This document shows positions 1 through 13,640 of a DNA stretch of 64,000 bases, in pieces (position 1 is the first letter of the stretch; each line of letters opens with the position of its first letter). Source of the DNA: the human T2T-CHM13v2.0 reference genome, Homo sapiens; assembly GCF_009914755.1 (NCBI RefSeq), contig NC_060926.1; one strand, given 5' to 3'. The position numbers were made by a program, and so were the translations under genes. Under the pieces are notes generated by a model. It was given only the letters and a program-made list of their open reading frames with translations. It searched no databases and was not told where the DNA came from.

Positions 1-277
1 AGACCTAATAGGTAGCTTTGTGAGCCCTTGGACTCCCACCTCTCTTCCTGCTCTAGCAGTCCCCAGATCTTCCCATTTTTTATGTCCATATGTACCCAAT
101 GTTTAGCTCTTACTTGTAAGTGAGAACAAGTGGTATTTGGTTTTATGTTCCTGCCTTAATTCACATAGGATAATGACCTCCAGTTGCACCCATGTTGCTG
201 CAAAAATATAATTTCATTGTTTTTTTATGGCTGCATAGCATTCCATGGTATATATGTACCACATTTTCTTTATCCAG
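1..277 (-). mobile_element. L1 (L1PB/old L1PA-like) 3' segment, continues left of the window
   Basis: Antisense L1 3' motifs (gtttagctct..tgagaaca, ttccatggtatatatgtaccacattttctttatccag). Confidence 0.85.
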
Positions 278-883
278 GGTAAACAGAAAACCTACAGAAT
301 GGGAGAAAATCTTCACAAACTCCAACATCCAACAAAGGTCTGATATTCAATATCTATAAGAAACTGCAATAACTCAACAAGAAAAAACAAATAACCCCAT
401 TAAAAAGTGGGCAAAGGATATGAACAGACACTTCTTAAAAAAACACGTACAAGTGGCCCACAAACATATGAAGAAATGATCAACATTACTAATTCTCACA
501 GACATGCAAATCAAAACCACAATGAGATACCATCTCACATCAGTCAGAATAGCTATTATTAAAAGGCCAAAAAATAGCAGATGTCAGGGCTTGAAGGAAA
601 GGAACACTTAGAAACTGTTGATGGGAAAAATACATTAATTCAGCCACTGTGAAAAGCAGTTTGGAGGTTTCTCAAATAATTTAAAACTACCATTCAACCC
701 AGCAATCCCATTGCTGAGTATAAACCCAAAGGAAAATAAGTCATTCTGCCACAAAGACACATGCACTTGAATGTTCACAGCAGCACTATTCACAATATTT
801 CCTTTACCTACAATTTGTTCTTACCGATTTAATTTTTACCATATGCGGATGGAATCACCCTAGGTGCTCATCAATGGTGGATT
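278..883 (+). mobile_element. Inverted 5' part of the same L1 (ORF2 C-terminal region, twin-priming inversion)
   Basis: cctacagaatgggagaaaat...caaatcaaaaccacaatgagatacc; ends at catcaatggtggat, which in L1 directly precedes the tggataaagaaaatgtgg where the minus segment ends. Confidence 0.8.
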
Positions 884-889
884 TGTTAA

Positions 890-1491
<602 letters not shown>

Positions 1492-1689
1492 ACCCACTCC
1501 ACTTTCTCTACCTCTTCTCAGAATTGTTATATCACAATTTTGGGCAAATGAATATTTAGTGTTTGCCTTGTTGTGATCAGGTAATTATTGTTCAGTAGGG
1601 ACTACATTGTATATTGTAATATTTCCTTTACCTAAAACTTGTTTTTATTGATTTAATTTTTGCCTTATGCAGCAGATTGACTTATTGTT

Positions 1690-2060
1690 CATTCAATATT
1701 CATTCTTTTCTATATCCATAGGAAAAAATCTACTTTTCTGCCCCTTAACTTTGAGTTTGGCTGCATGACTTGCTTTGGCTAAGGGGACGTTAATCAATGA
1801 AATGCAAGCAAGAATTTGAAATATGCCTGTGTGGTGGACTTGTCCTCTTTGTGCTTATGCCTGCCATTGCCCTGATAAGAACATGCTCTGAGGCTAGACC
1901 ACTGGTTCAAGTGGGGTTGAAAGACACACAGAACACCCAGATCCAGAAACGCCTGCCTAGCCTAGGTAAGCTGCTCCCCTGACCCCACTGTAAAACAACC
2001 TGAAGACCCAGGTGAAGTACACTGCTGTCTACTGCTATTATTAGAACTCAATGGTTGATT
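1690..2060 (+). mobile_element. MLT1-type MaLR LTR (old)
   Basis: ttgagtttggctgcatgacttgctttggc motif. Confidence 0.55.
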
Positions 2061-2062
2061 CT

Positions 2063-2411
2063 TGTCTTAGTCTGTTCAGGCTGCTATAACACAATACCTT
2101 ACACTGGATAATATTTAAATAAAACAAATATATTTCTCAGAGTTCTGAAGGTTGGGAAGTCCAAAATCAGGACACTGGCAGATTTCCTGTCTGGCGAGGG
2201 CCTGGTCCTCATAAATGCCTTCTTGCTTCATCCTCACCTACTCACCTAGCAGCTCCCTTAGGCCTCTTTTGTACTGGCACAAATCCTATTGATGAGAGTT
2301 CAGCCTTCATGACCTAATCAACCCCCAAACGCCCCACCTTCTATCTCCACTGCCCTGGAGATCATTTTGACATATGAATTTTGGAGTGACACAAACATTT
2401 AGACCATACCA
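2063..2411 (-). mobile_element. MLT1A/MST-type MaLR solo LTR
   Basis: tgtcttagtctgttcaggctgctataac...acaaacatttagaccata. Confidence 0.85.
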
Positions 2412-2489
2412 ATTCTAGCCCAACAAAAGCGAGCTCCAATAAGTATTTTTCTCTATTTTCTGTTTCAATATAATAAAAGGTGGTGTGGA

Positions 2490-3070
2490 TTTGAAGATTA
2501 TGAGAGCCAAAAATGTAAAATTTAATTGAAGTATTGGAAGATAAAGTCAAGGGGGATTTTCCAGAAAGAACAAAAAGAAAAAAAAAAGAGGAAATAATAA
2601 AAAATCTAAAGCCCAATTCAAGAAATCCAACATCCAATCTATTTTCTACTGGCAATGGTAGAGTTAGAACATTGGAAATAGAGGGGACAGAATGAATAAA
2701 ACATAAGAAAATATTTCAGATCTGAAAAGTTTTGCTTAAAAGAGCTCACAAAATAGGCCAATGCTAATTCTTAGCATCATGAAATTCTAGAATACCAGGG
2801 ATAAAGAGAGGATTATCATGGCTTCCAGTTTAAACAACAGCCACACAAACAAACAAAAAGAATCAGAACAATATAACACTGTTCAATAGCAGTGCTGGAA
2901 GCCAAAAGACATCAGAGCAATATCATTGAATTTTGAGTAAAATAATTTTTTTTGCAACCTGGAAGTCTATACGAGTCAACCTATCAATCAAAAGTGAGGG
3001 TTAGAATGAGACTCTTTTCAAATAAGCAATACCTAAAGCTGTCTCCCATCCACACTTTTTAAGAATGATA
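2490..3070 (+). mobile_element. HAL1/old L1 ORF1-like fragment
   Basis: ttggaagataaagtcaa, gaataccagggataaagag, gctggaagccaaaagac motifs. Confidence 0.55.
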
Positions 3071-3344
3071 AACATTCTAGATATTTCTTTATTTGTGGAG
3101 AGGTTACTTTTTTCCCTAAAACTTTTTCTCTTTCTTTCTTTGGAGTCTTGATGTTTTGTTTTATTCCTTTTATGTTAGAGAGTTTAAAAACTCTGTCCTT
3201 TGTTATACATTTATATTTAAGAATGATGAACAGATTTGAGGCCCCTGAGTGGTGCTTGTTAACTAATGGATTTCTCTCTAGGTTGATTGGAAGGGACCCA
3301 GTCATATCCTTAGAAGACTTCTTACTATAGTCTGTATAGTAAGA

Positions 3345-3782
3345 GCTAATCTGTTCAGGCTGCCATACAAAATATAATATATTAGATGAGCGGCTTAAGC
3401 AATAGAAATTTATTTTCTCATTGTTGTGGAGGCTAGATGTCCTAGATCAAGGTGCCTGCTGACTTGATTCCTGCTGAAGGCTCTCTTTCTGACTCATAGA
3501 CAGCCGTCTTCTTGCTGTGTTATCACCTGGTGGAAAGAGAGCTCTTATCTCTCTTCCCCCTGGTGTCTCTTCTTCTTTTCATAAGGGCAATCTCCCTATA
3601 AAATCAGGACCCCATTCTCATAACCTCATTTAACCTTTATCACCACCCAAAGCCCCTATCTCTGTACTTGATCTTAGACAAAAAGCTGAGAAGCAATAGG
3701 CCCTATTTCCAAATACAGTCATGCTGAGATTAGGGCTTTAGCATATTAATTTCACAGGAATGCAAGCATTCAGTCTACAATG
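3345..3782 (-). mobile_element. MLT1A-type MaLR solo LTR (hosts a U2 fragment)
   Basis: ggctgccatacaaaata...gaaatttattttctca..ggaggctag...aaatacagtc...cattcagtc. Confidence 0.8.
3662..3697 (-). pseudogene. RNU2: U2 snRNA 5' fragment (nt 1-36), tailless retrocopy
   Basis: Reverse complement ATTGCTTCTCAGCTTTTTGTCTAAGATCAAGTACAG matches U2 ATCGCTTCTCGGCCTTTTGGCTAAGATCAAGTGTAG at 30/36; TSD agcccctatctc/aggccctatttc. Confidence 0.85.
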
Positions 3783-4499
3783 TATAGGTTGTACTTCCTG
3801 CAACAAATCTGTTTGTCCAGAGAGGAATTCTTTAATTTATTGCCTGGGCATGGGTGTTAAAATCTGGCTTACAGCATTCTTGGATCTTGGTGGTACACAG
3901 GGGCTGGGGGGAGTGTCTTAGTGGATAGATTTTCACTTAAACTCATTTTTCAGGCCTATAATTTCCCCTACCTTTCTCTGGATGCTGGCCAGCATTACTA
4001 TGGAATAAACCTTTAGTCCCTCTGATTTATTGAAAAACTACTGGTTGAGTCCTGGTTATGTGCCTGCTACTTCACTAAGTCTAAAACCTATTTTCAAATT
4101 ATTAGTTATTTCCTGGATTTTTAGATGTGAAATGACTTGGCATTTCCCTCTGAAGTCTTGTAATGTATTTAGCATTCTTATCTGTGCTACAATACATTTG
4201 GTTTCCATTTTCTGAAAATTTCACATCTCTCATCCATTGTCCCATTTTCTTTGTCCTTTGTGGTTTTATACATTGTTTGTTCTACTTTAAGTGTGGTTTC
4301 AGGAGGGAACAGAGATAAATTAATGTATTTAATCACCTATGTTTAGTGCATCGCTTCAAACATTTCTTTCCATCAAAGACAAGATTTCTTCAGAATGTAA
4401 TTCTGGTGCCAGCTCTTAAGCTAATACATTTTTCCTCATTTATTGCATTGAAATGATTGTCTTGGCAGTGATGGGGAAAAAGAGTACAAAGGAAATCAT

Positions 4500-4870
4500 T
4501 GGATATAGGCAGTAGAAGTGGCCAAGGTAATACAATAGAAGAGAGTAAGCAGACCTTTCAGAGACAACGTGGAGAGGATTTGATTATCACATGGTGAGAG
4601 AAAGGAAGGAGTGGTCAAAAAGTTCTATGCATTTGGAAAAATCCTGAATTGTTTCGATAATAATATTTCCCTTTAGATAAAGTGCATATGAGGGTGAGAA
4701 TAGGGTATTTTCTCTGGTGGGAGAATCATGTAGATGACAATGGAAGAGCAAAATTTAAGAAAATGGTAGGGTTTGGGCAAGAGACATTGCAATGGGTTGA
4801 GGATTGCCAGGAGAAAGTGTAGAATGGTATAGAATAGAAGTATAGAATAACATTTTGAGAAGTTTGGCAA
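4500..4870 (-). mobile_element. L2 fragment (degraded)
   Basis: Purine-rich L2-like motifs ending tttgagaagtttggc. Confidence 0.4.
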
Positions 4871-5009
4871 TAAATCACTTAATTACAGACTTGCAATCAG
4901 ATAATTTTAGGGAGTCAATAATTTAGTTGTCCTCAACTGGGGAAGGGAAGAGAGGAGATTCAGAATTCTCCAGGGAGATTCATAAAATACACACGTTTGG
5001 TTCACTAAC

Positions 5010-5105
5010 CTCCACAATCAGAATTTCTAAAAGTGGGACTTGGGCATGAGAGCACCTTGGAAAAGGTCCCAGGTGACTCTGATGTGTATTTGGAGTTAAG
5101 AGCTT
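5010..5105. mobile_element. MER5-type hAT fragment
   Basis: aatcagaatttct...cccaggtgactctgatg. Confidence 0.5.
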
Positions 5106-5267
5106 ATCTGCTGATAGAAAAGCAAATGGAGGCTTTGATCTATTAAATGTCTTGCCCAAGACTCATTGAGTGTGGGGAGAGTTGGGACGGTTAATTAGTA
5201 TACTGACGTCTTACCTACCATTCTATTCTAGATGGAGTGAAAACTTATGATATAAAAAAGTGGTTTG

Positions 5268-5621
<354 letters not shown>

Positions 5622-6429
5622 CTAGAATGACCATGTCAATGAGGAGAGAGAAATGGAGAAGATAAGAAAGGGGATAAATAAATGGTAGAGTAATAAGAGT
5701 AACAGATAATGAGCATATTAAAACTAAATGGAAAACAAAGCAAAATGATAGTATGAGTATGAAATGCCAAGTAATTAACAGCATCACCACCTTTTCCCCC
5801 CTCACTGGGGAAGGTTCATTCCCAGGTCCTTGGTTCATGCCATTACTTCCCTTATATCTGTAGAGGAAGCCCTAAGCAATGAAGTGTCTGGTGGGGGAGA
5901 CTCCAAAAACTAACTGCTGCTTCTGGCACCTTGGAGATTCTTGCTCCTCCCTGCATTCACCATGACTATAGAAAGTATTAACAGTGATGACAACAGATTC
6001 TCAAGTGAGAGTTCCAGCTCAGAGGTTAAGGGGAGCTGGCGACCCCTTTCTTAGAGAGTGCTATTGCATACTGATGACAGCTGATGGCATTGGGATTCCC
6101 AGTGATGGCAGCCTCAGCTGCCATCTAAAATCTACTACTCCCATGAAAGCTGTGCTTAATGGCAAACCTCCTCCTGCAAATTCCGACAGTATTTTTAAAA
6201 ACTTAAGCATGAATCTTCAAGACACCAGGATTCCAGATTGCTCCTCCAGTTTCATTGGGCATATTGCTGCTACTGTCTCCAGCAATCCACAGATCCCAGG
6301 GGTGAGAAATGGCCGATGCCAGTTTGATGAGATAGTTCTGATGTTGCTATCAGGATGGATTTTTGTGTTGTGCGCAACAGATCCTTGCTCCATCTTCAAT
6401 GACAGGATGAAGCTTAGAAACGGTGATGC

Positions 6430-6708
6430 ATATATTCCTTCTCATCTTTCAGACCTTCTCTTAAGTGCTATGTCCTCAAACTAATCTTTCTGAATCACTC
6501 TCCTACTATTGTCTCTCACAGCAGCTTGAGCCTCTCCTTCATCACCATTATCACAATTTATAGAAACAGTTGTTTAATTATTTCCTGCTTTTTCTCAACT
6601 AGAAGGTGGACTCATGAAGAGAGGGGCCATGGTCTGTCGCTATGTGCCCAGCACCTATCAAAGTCATGGCACCCTGATGATCAGTAAATAACTGCTAATT
6701 GAAGAATG
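6430..6708 (+). mobile_element. L2 3' end
   Basis: ccagcacctatcaaagtcatggcac...agtaaata..ttgaagaatg terminal motif. Confidence 0.7.
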
Positions 6709-6808
6709 GCCAGGTCACAGAGGAACATGTAGAGATATTGAAGTGGCCATATCAAATGTCCCATTTTGGCCCATGTCTGTGTTTTTGGGACCATCCCTTC
6801 TGGTTGTC

Positions 6809-6872
6809 TTTGGTTGGGAGCTATGTTATGGTGAAGTCGTGGCATAACCTGGAGGTACCTGCTTTCCCTAGG
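6809..6872 (+). repeat. Copy 1 of a 64-bp local dispersed duplication
   Basis: About 87% identical to 8275-8337; last 19 nt identical. Confidence 0.85.
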
Positions 6873-7799
6873 CACTGAGCTAGCAATACTCATTCTTTCT
6901 GACTTGAGAGGTTCTTAAGTGTTTCTTTTTCAGTTCAAAATCTGAACAAGGGGATAAAGTAAATGAGCAAAAAAAAAAAAAAAATGTATCTTTGTTCTCC
7001 AGGAAGTATTACATAATGTATGAGCACGAGCCAGAGGAAATCACACTTCCACAGGGAGTAAATGCAGTCAATAAAAGCTTGTTTATAGAGTATTGGCAAA
7101 TGTGCTTTTAAACCAACTATCAGACAACTTTAAAGTATGGATAGATAGAATTACCTTTATACTCTTTGCAGCTTGTATTGGGAAGGCCTCTTTTCTTTTT
7201 TGGATGGTTGCACATGTATATATTCAGGCATAATTTAAAGTGGGTTGGCCTACCAGTGTTCCTGAGAGTAGCCTGGATGGTCTCCAGGTTTGGGAAAGGA
7301 AGAAAATCATGAATCACCAGTGCTCAAGAAAGGCATATCTGACTTGTTGAATGGACTGAGAAAATTGCATTAAATATCTGCATTTGACAACTTAAGCATG
7401 CGCTCTCAAATGCCACTGCACAACAAGGAAGCGAGGCATGGCTGAAAGCAAAACCTGACTTGACATTATCCCTCACTTCTTTCTTTAAAGTTCTCTTCTA
7501 TACCACGAATGAAGAAAATGTGATGTCCTCTAGAAGTATTCTATAATACCTTAAAAGAGCATAGCATTAAAATCAGATACTATAAATCATACTTTAGCTA
7601 ATGATTATTAAATAGTTCTTTGTATTCATGTAACTCTTATCTATTATGAACTGAAAATGCCTTGACATAATATCATTGAAGTGATGATATTTTTATTGAG
7701 GATAGTAGGCAATAAAATATTCAAATGTGAAGCAAAACTCTATCCTTTCCTGGGGTTCTGTGTTTCTACATGATTATCTGCATCTCAAAACTTATGCAG

Positions 7800-8245
7800 T
7801 GTTTTATTCGTCACTTGGGAAAATATCTGAATGCCTATGAGAGCAATAACTGAGAAATCACAACTACAAGAGAGAGTCTTCAGGGGGTGTGTGCCAGAGG
7901 ACACTGAACGCAAAAAAGAGGAGAGGAGAGGAAAGTTTGAGCACAGGTTTGAGGGTCTTGGAGGCAAGGTGGGGGCAAGGACTGAGAAATGCATGGGGAG
8001 CCCATAAGATGGAGAGAGGTTTCCAGGTAGGGAACAAATAGCATTTGCCAAGGCTTTGTGGCAAGAGGGAGCATAGCGCATTTAAGAAATTGAAAGAAAG
8101 AGTGGTTGAATGCAGGGACTGAACAGAAGAATGGTGGATATTGAGGCCAGTGGGATGAACAGGTTTCAGATTTTGCTGGGAAATTTCCTACAAGGAAATT
8201 TGAAGAGCTTGTCTTTATCTTGGAAGCACTAGGAAGCCAATGAGA
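7800..8245 (-). mobile_element. L2 fragment
   Basis: ttccaggtagggaacaaatagcatttgccaaggc...ctttatcttggaagcactaggaagcca. Confidence 0.65.
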
Positions 8246-8274
8246 AGAAAGGCCCCATCGGTTGGAAGCTCTTA

Positions 8275-8337
8275 TTTGGTTTGGAGCTTTGTTATGATGA
8301 ATAGTGACATAATCTGGTGGTACCTGCTTTCCCTAGG
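8275..8337 (+). repeat. Copy 2 of the 64-bp local dispersed duplication
   Basis: Matches 6809-6872. Confidence 0.85.
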
Positions 8338-9184
8338 AAAGTTGACATAATTGTGAGGGCAGTTTCTTTTCTCTCCACTCTACTCCTGTCCCCATCCCCA
8401 ACAACCCATTAATAATTGGTCTTATTTAGTCTCAGTTCCTTGTACATCTACAGAGCTGCTGAGATAGGACTACATTTCTTTTTTTGTTCCTGCTGACTGC
8501 TTAATTCAGAACTTCATTCTGTGACCAGAAACAAAAGCCTCCAGTTGACATCCACCACTCCAGCTACCCCATTCTAGCCCATTCTGCATCCTGCATCTCC
8601 CAGCCTGTCAAGCTTCCATTTTTTTGGCAATGTCTAGAGAAAACTTAGCAAAGTCACTCTGCATGCTAAACGCTCATATGTACAATGTCTCATTATACAC
8701 ACATTAGGTTACATTTAGTATTTTTTAACCCTCAGGCTCATTATGCCATTATACCTGCATTATAACCCACATTATGCAATTGAATCCTCATCACTTCCAG
8801 TCAAGATAGGCATTAACATTTTACTGTACTCTGCTTGTCAACCCTGCACCTTAAATTATAGCCAAACCAGACCAACAGTGTTTCCTGAACACGCCCAGGG
8901 TTTTCTTTCCTCTGCACCCCGATCCCGCTGTTAACGTTGCTGGAGGGATCTGTTACCTGTGCCCCGCTCCCCGTTCACTAACCAGAACATGCATTAAGAC
9001 GTTAACCAATGTGCTAACTTCTTTACTACCTACACACACAGATTTCCCAGCATTCTGTGCTTGCCTTAGCATTCTTTTCAAGAGTTTCTATGTAGCACTG
9101 TGGCAACAAATAGAAGAGTCTTTTAAAAGTAGGTCATAAATTCCCAAATAGAAGAATCTGCTTATTCACTTTCAATGTTTTGTT

Positions 9185-9745
9185 CCATTTTGAATTTACA
9201 TGTAGCATAGCTCACCTTTTTGGGCAAACAGTTCTATGAGGTTTTACACTTGTATAGATTCTTGTAACCACCACAGTATACAGAACAATACTAACTCTCC
9301 CAAGAATTCTCTGATGCTTGCCTTTCATAGGCAGACCCTCTCCCTCACTTAACCCCAGCAATCACTGATCTGTTCCCTGTTCCTATAGTTTTGTTTTTTC
9401 CAGAATGCCATATAAGTGCGATTGTACGGCATGTAACTATTTTCATACTGGGTTCTTTCACCCAGAAAAATGCATTTGCGTTGTATTCATGTTGTGTGTA
9501 TCAGTTGATTATTCCCCGTTAGTGCTGTGTGATATTCTACTGTCTGGATGCACCATGGTTTGTTTATCCATTCACTCATTTGTCTAGTCATTGCATGCAG
9601 GTGTTTGCATGAGCATAAATTTTCATTCCACTCGATTAAATACCTAGGAGTGGGATTGCTGGGTTGTGTGCTAAGTACATATTCAACTTCTAAGAAGTTA
9701 CCAAACCATTCACCAGAGTGCCTATAACATTTTTCATTCCCTACT
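9185..9745 (-). mobile_element. L1MC/MD-type 3' fragment
   Basis: cagttctatgag, cactgatctgtt, taaatacctaggagtgggattgctggg. Confidence 0.8.
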
Positions 9746-10254
9746 TACTCACTTTTGTAATTTTTTAAATGTACTTGTAAATAAAAGGACTCTCTATAAA
9801 CATTTTCTATATCAATTTCTACAAGTAGTGAAGCTAAGCTGCAGTCATGGTCTTGCAGAGGATACTGCATGGGTTGGCTGAATATGCCAGCCAGTGACTG
9901 CAAAGGCTGCTATACCAGGAGAGAGGGAGGGAAAGAAAGATAATTTTTTCTCTGAAAAACAGAATCGTAAAGTGGACTAGGAGAAGTGGGTTTCATTGCC
10001 ACTTTATCCTCCAATTCTTGTCTTTAGGTAACACGAAACTTAAATACAGCAAAAAGCATTCATTCAGATGCTACTATATGGAAGTGATGGTACATTTTAT
10101 CTTACCAATAAAGAATAATGTTTTCACAGATACAGAAGGCAGTCTGCTCAGTGTTACAGGGAGTACAAAGATGTAGAACATAGGATTCTTTCCTTCAGTG
10201 AGTTTGGTTGGCTTATCTTAGTGCCATCTGTGTTGATTATTATAGCAACAGTAG

Positions 10255-10487
10255 TAATAAGCTTCACAATTTATCGCGCTCTATGCTAAGTGCTTGTACA
10301 TAACTTAGCTCACTTAATCCTCATAACAACCAGATAAGCTTGACCCTGACCCTGTACTTACACACAGATGAGGACATTGAAGGGCAGAGAAATTAATTCA
10401 TTTCCCATGGCCACAAAATCAACAAACAGTAGAACTAAAAGTTTGAAGACAATTCTGATGCTATAGTCTGTTCTTTTAACCACTACA
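10255..10487 (-). mobile_element. MIR
   Basis: ctcacttaatcctcataacaacc...cagatgaggacattga...ttttaaccactac. Confidence 0.75.
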
Positions 10488-11605
10488 TCACCATGGCTTC
10501 CCTATGAAAAAGGGTCTGAAAAGCAAATGAACAGATTAAATAGGATAGAAGGGATATGTCTACTGCTTGTTTGTGTAGAATAGACTGAATAAATTCTGTA
10601 TTCAATACTGAGTTCATGGCTTTTTTGCTGGAAAAACTGTAATGGGAAATTATTAAACATAAAGCAAAAACAGCAACATTTCTTTTCACTCACGCTGGCA
10701 ATTCACTCTTGGTTTGCTAAAATTATGGGGTCAGTGACAAAACTCATATTTAAGTTTAAAAAGAATAATCACACGGGTTCTTTTTCCCATAATTGCAATA
10801 ATTAAGCAGTGAAAGAACCATTACTTGGAAATGAGAAAACAGAAATTTCCATTTGGTTTAAAGTGGACAAATCAATTTTGATGAGTGAAAGAACCTAGTC
10901 TCAAATGGTTACAGTGTTTTTAATTTGATTAATAATTGGATACATTTTCAGCATGTCTTTTTCTGTAGCCAAACAAGGGTGTTTTTCTTTGTAACTATGA
11001 CTTAGTGATAGGAAAGTGATATTTACTGCCATGGTTCTGATATATTTGTAGTCAAATCAATGATGTTTGTTGAGGAATGTTTATTCCATAAGGCATCTAA
11101 TGTTGGGTTCAAATGGTGGTTTGGGAGAAAGCCACAGAGAGCCTGATGAGGGGCTGACATGGAGAGGCAGAGCTTGGAAGAGGCATTCCCCAGAGAAAGG
11201 GGGAGAGGTGAGGTTTTTCTTAGGAAGAAGCAAAATTCTCAGAAAGCTCTGTGAGTATAATGGGTGACCAAGAAAGGACCATGGAAATAGGTGGTTGAGG
11301 AACAGCAGCCCTTGAAAGGGGAAAGCGATGGCTTCATCTCTAAGAGGAGAACACAGGCCAAAGCTGGTGACAAAGGCTCCATGAATCTCACTGGATTTGA
11401 GGCCAAACTTGGAACCTTTGGGATGCTTTGAACTACTCCATTTCGATATGTGTGCTCCAGATGTAATATGTGTGGGTTTTCTTTTCTTAGTGTTAAACCC
11501 CCTCCACAGCATAGCATAGGAATTGGGGATAATAACAGCAGATGTGCTCTGTTGGTTCTAGACAAGTGTACGTGAGGGATGGCAGGATCGGGGATAAGAA
11601 CTTAA

Positions 11606-11957
<352 letters not shown>

Positions 11958-12112
11958 TAATTATTATTATTATTGGTCATTATTAGTTGGATTCTCAATT
12001 TTACCCATTACTGGGTAAATAGACTTTACGATATGGAATTCAAACAAAGATTTTTGCTTGACAATAACTATAATATTTGGGCTGAGGTATTTATACTCTG
12101 AATATCCAGGAA

Positions 12113-12168
12113 ATATATATATATACACACACACACACACATACACACACATATGTATATATATATAT
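12113..12168. repeat. (TA)n(CA)n compound microsatellite
   Basis: Seen directly. Confidence 0.9.
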
Positions 12169-12543
12169 TTTGAAAACAACATTAGCTGTGGCCACTAAAA
12201 AAAACAAAACCAAAACAAAATAAAACTCTTTTCATTTAAAGACTAAGAGCTCTTCTAGCTACTGAATCCAGATTCTGGCTTTATTAGCCTGTGAGATAAG
12301 GAATATCACCCTATTCCTTTCAGAGGTTACAAACTGGTACCCTCAGTTTAAAATTAGCTGTTAACCAGCTTGGAAATATGTTTAGTGTGGAATAGGTTAT
12401 GCTTTAAGCAAAATCAAGGTAATATGAAACAATTGGATGATTTCATACAAAGAAACCCAGATTTTTGGCTCAAGAAAACCCAAAAACCCAAAAACTGGGG
12501 ACAATGAGCTTGCATTTCTGTAGGTCAACCACTCCCCTGACCT

Positions 12544-12814
12544 TTTTTTTTAATTTTTCTTTTTTTTTTTTTAAATCTTGTCTCATTGCAACCTCTGCCT
12601 CCTGGGTTCGAACAATTCTCCTGCTTCAGCCTCCCAAGTAGATGGGACTACAGGGGGGTGCCACCACACTTGGCTAATTTTTGTGTTTTTAGTACAGACA
12701 GTGTTTCACCATGTCAGCCAGGCTGGTCTCGAACTCCTGACCTCAGGTGATCCACCTGCCTCGGCCTCCCAAAGTGCTGGGATTACAGGCAGGCGTGAGC
12801 CACCACACCCGGCC
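12544..12814 (-). mobile_element. AluS inserted in Charlie8, lacking ~45 nt next to the tail
   Basis: Alu body; TSD tcccctgacct/tccccagacct. Confidence 0.9.
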
Positions 12815-13529
12815 TCCCCAGACCTCTTTAATGTTGCATGTACTCCTCTGTTCTCCCGGTCTCCACCATTTCCTATCACATCTTGCACACTGAAGTCTCA
12901 TGGCAAATGCTCTTTGTCATTGTTCTTGAACAGTCATTTTTTTTAAATAATAGAGAAATATGTCTCCATACCATGTCTCTATTAAAAATGGAAAAAAAAA
13001 ATAAAATGCCAAAGCTGTGTATTTAAAAAAATTGGTAGAGAGCTTTTTTTATTTTGTGAAAGTAAGTCCTGGATCCACATATTGAATATGCAAACTATGT
13101 CTGTATTTAAAAGAAACAAAACAAAATCATAATATTAGAAATAATCCATCATGAAGAACCATACAGGTATAAAGAAAAGAAACATAATGAATCAACTGGT
13201 GATCTTACAAAAGAACTGAAATTTTCTAAGCATTTGTTTTGTATGTGAGTAAAATAACTGGTGCTATTGCAGAATTAGTTATGCATTAGGGAATTAGTAA
13301 TGCATTAGAGAAAATAACTTGGTTGGTCAATTGCTTTTTACAGATGGTAGGTTTATTAAAGTCTATTGAGTACAGAAGAAATTATGTGTTCTGAACAGAA
13401 ACAAGCTTTACAAATAAAGTTCTAGGTGAGAATACTGTTGCTTGGCATGTTAAGTTAGTGCTAAGATTTTACTATTTAATTTATATGGAAAAATGATTTG
13501 TGGCATCTGCTGAAAGCATAGATAGATCC

Positions 13530-13613
<84 letters not shown>

Positions 13614-13640
13614 TTACCTGTCTATCTACCTACCTATCTG
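13530..13640. repeat. (TCTA)n(TCTG)n compound tetranucleotide STR
   Basis: Seen directly. Confidence 0.95.

Noticed and set aside
5984-6484. 166-aa ORF as a protein-coding gene
   Set aside because: GTG start, no recognisable domain, 3' end lies in L2.
6827-6878. C/D-box snoRNA
   Set aside because: Box C is non-canonical (ATGGTGA), the span is short, the terminal stem is weak, and the second copy lacks box D.
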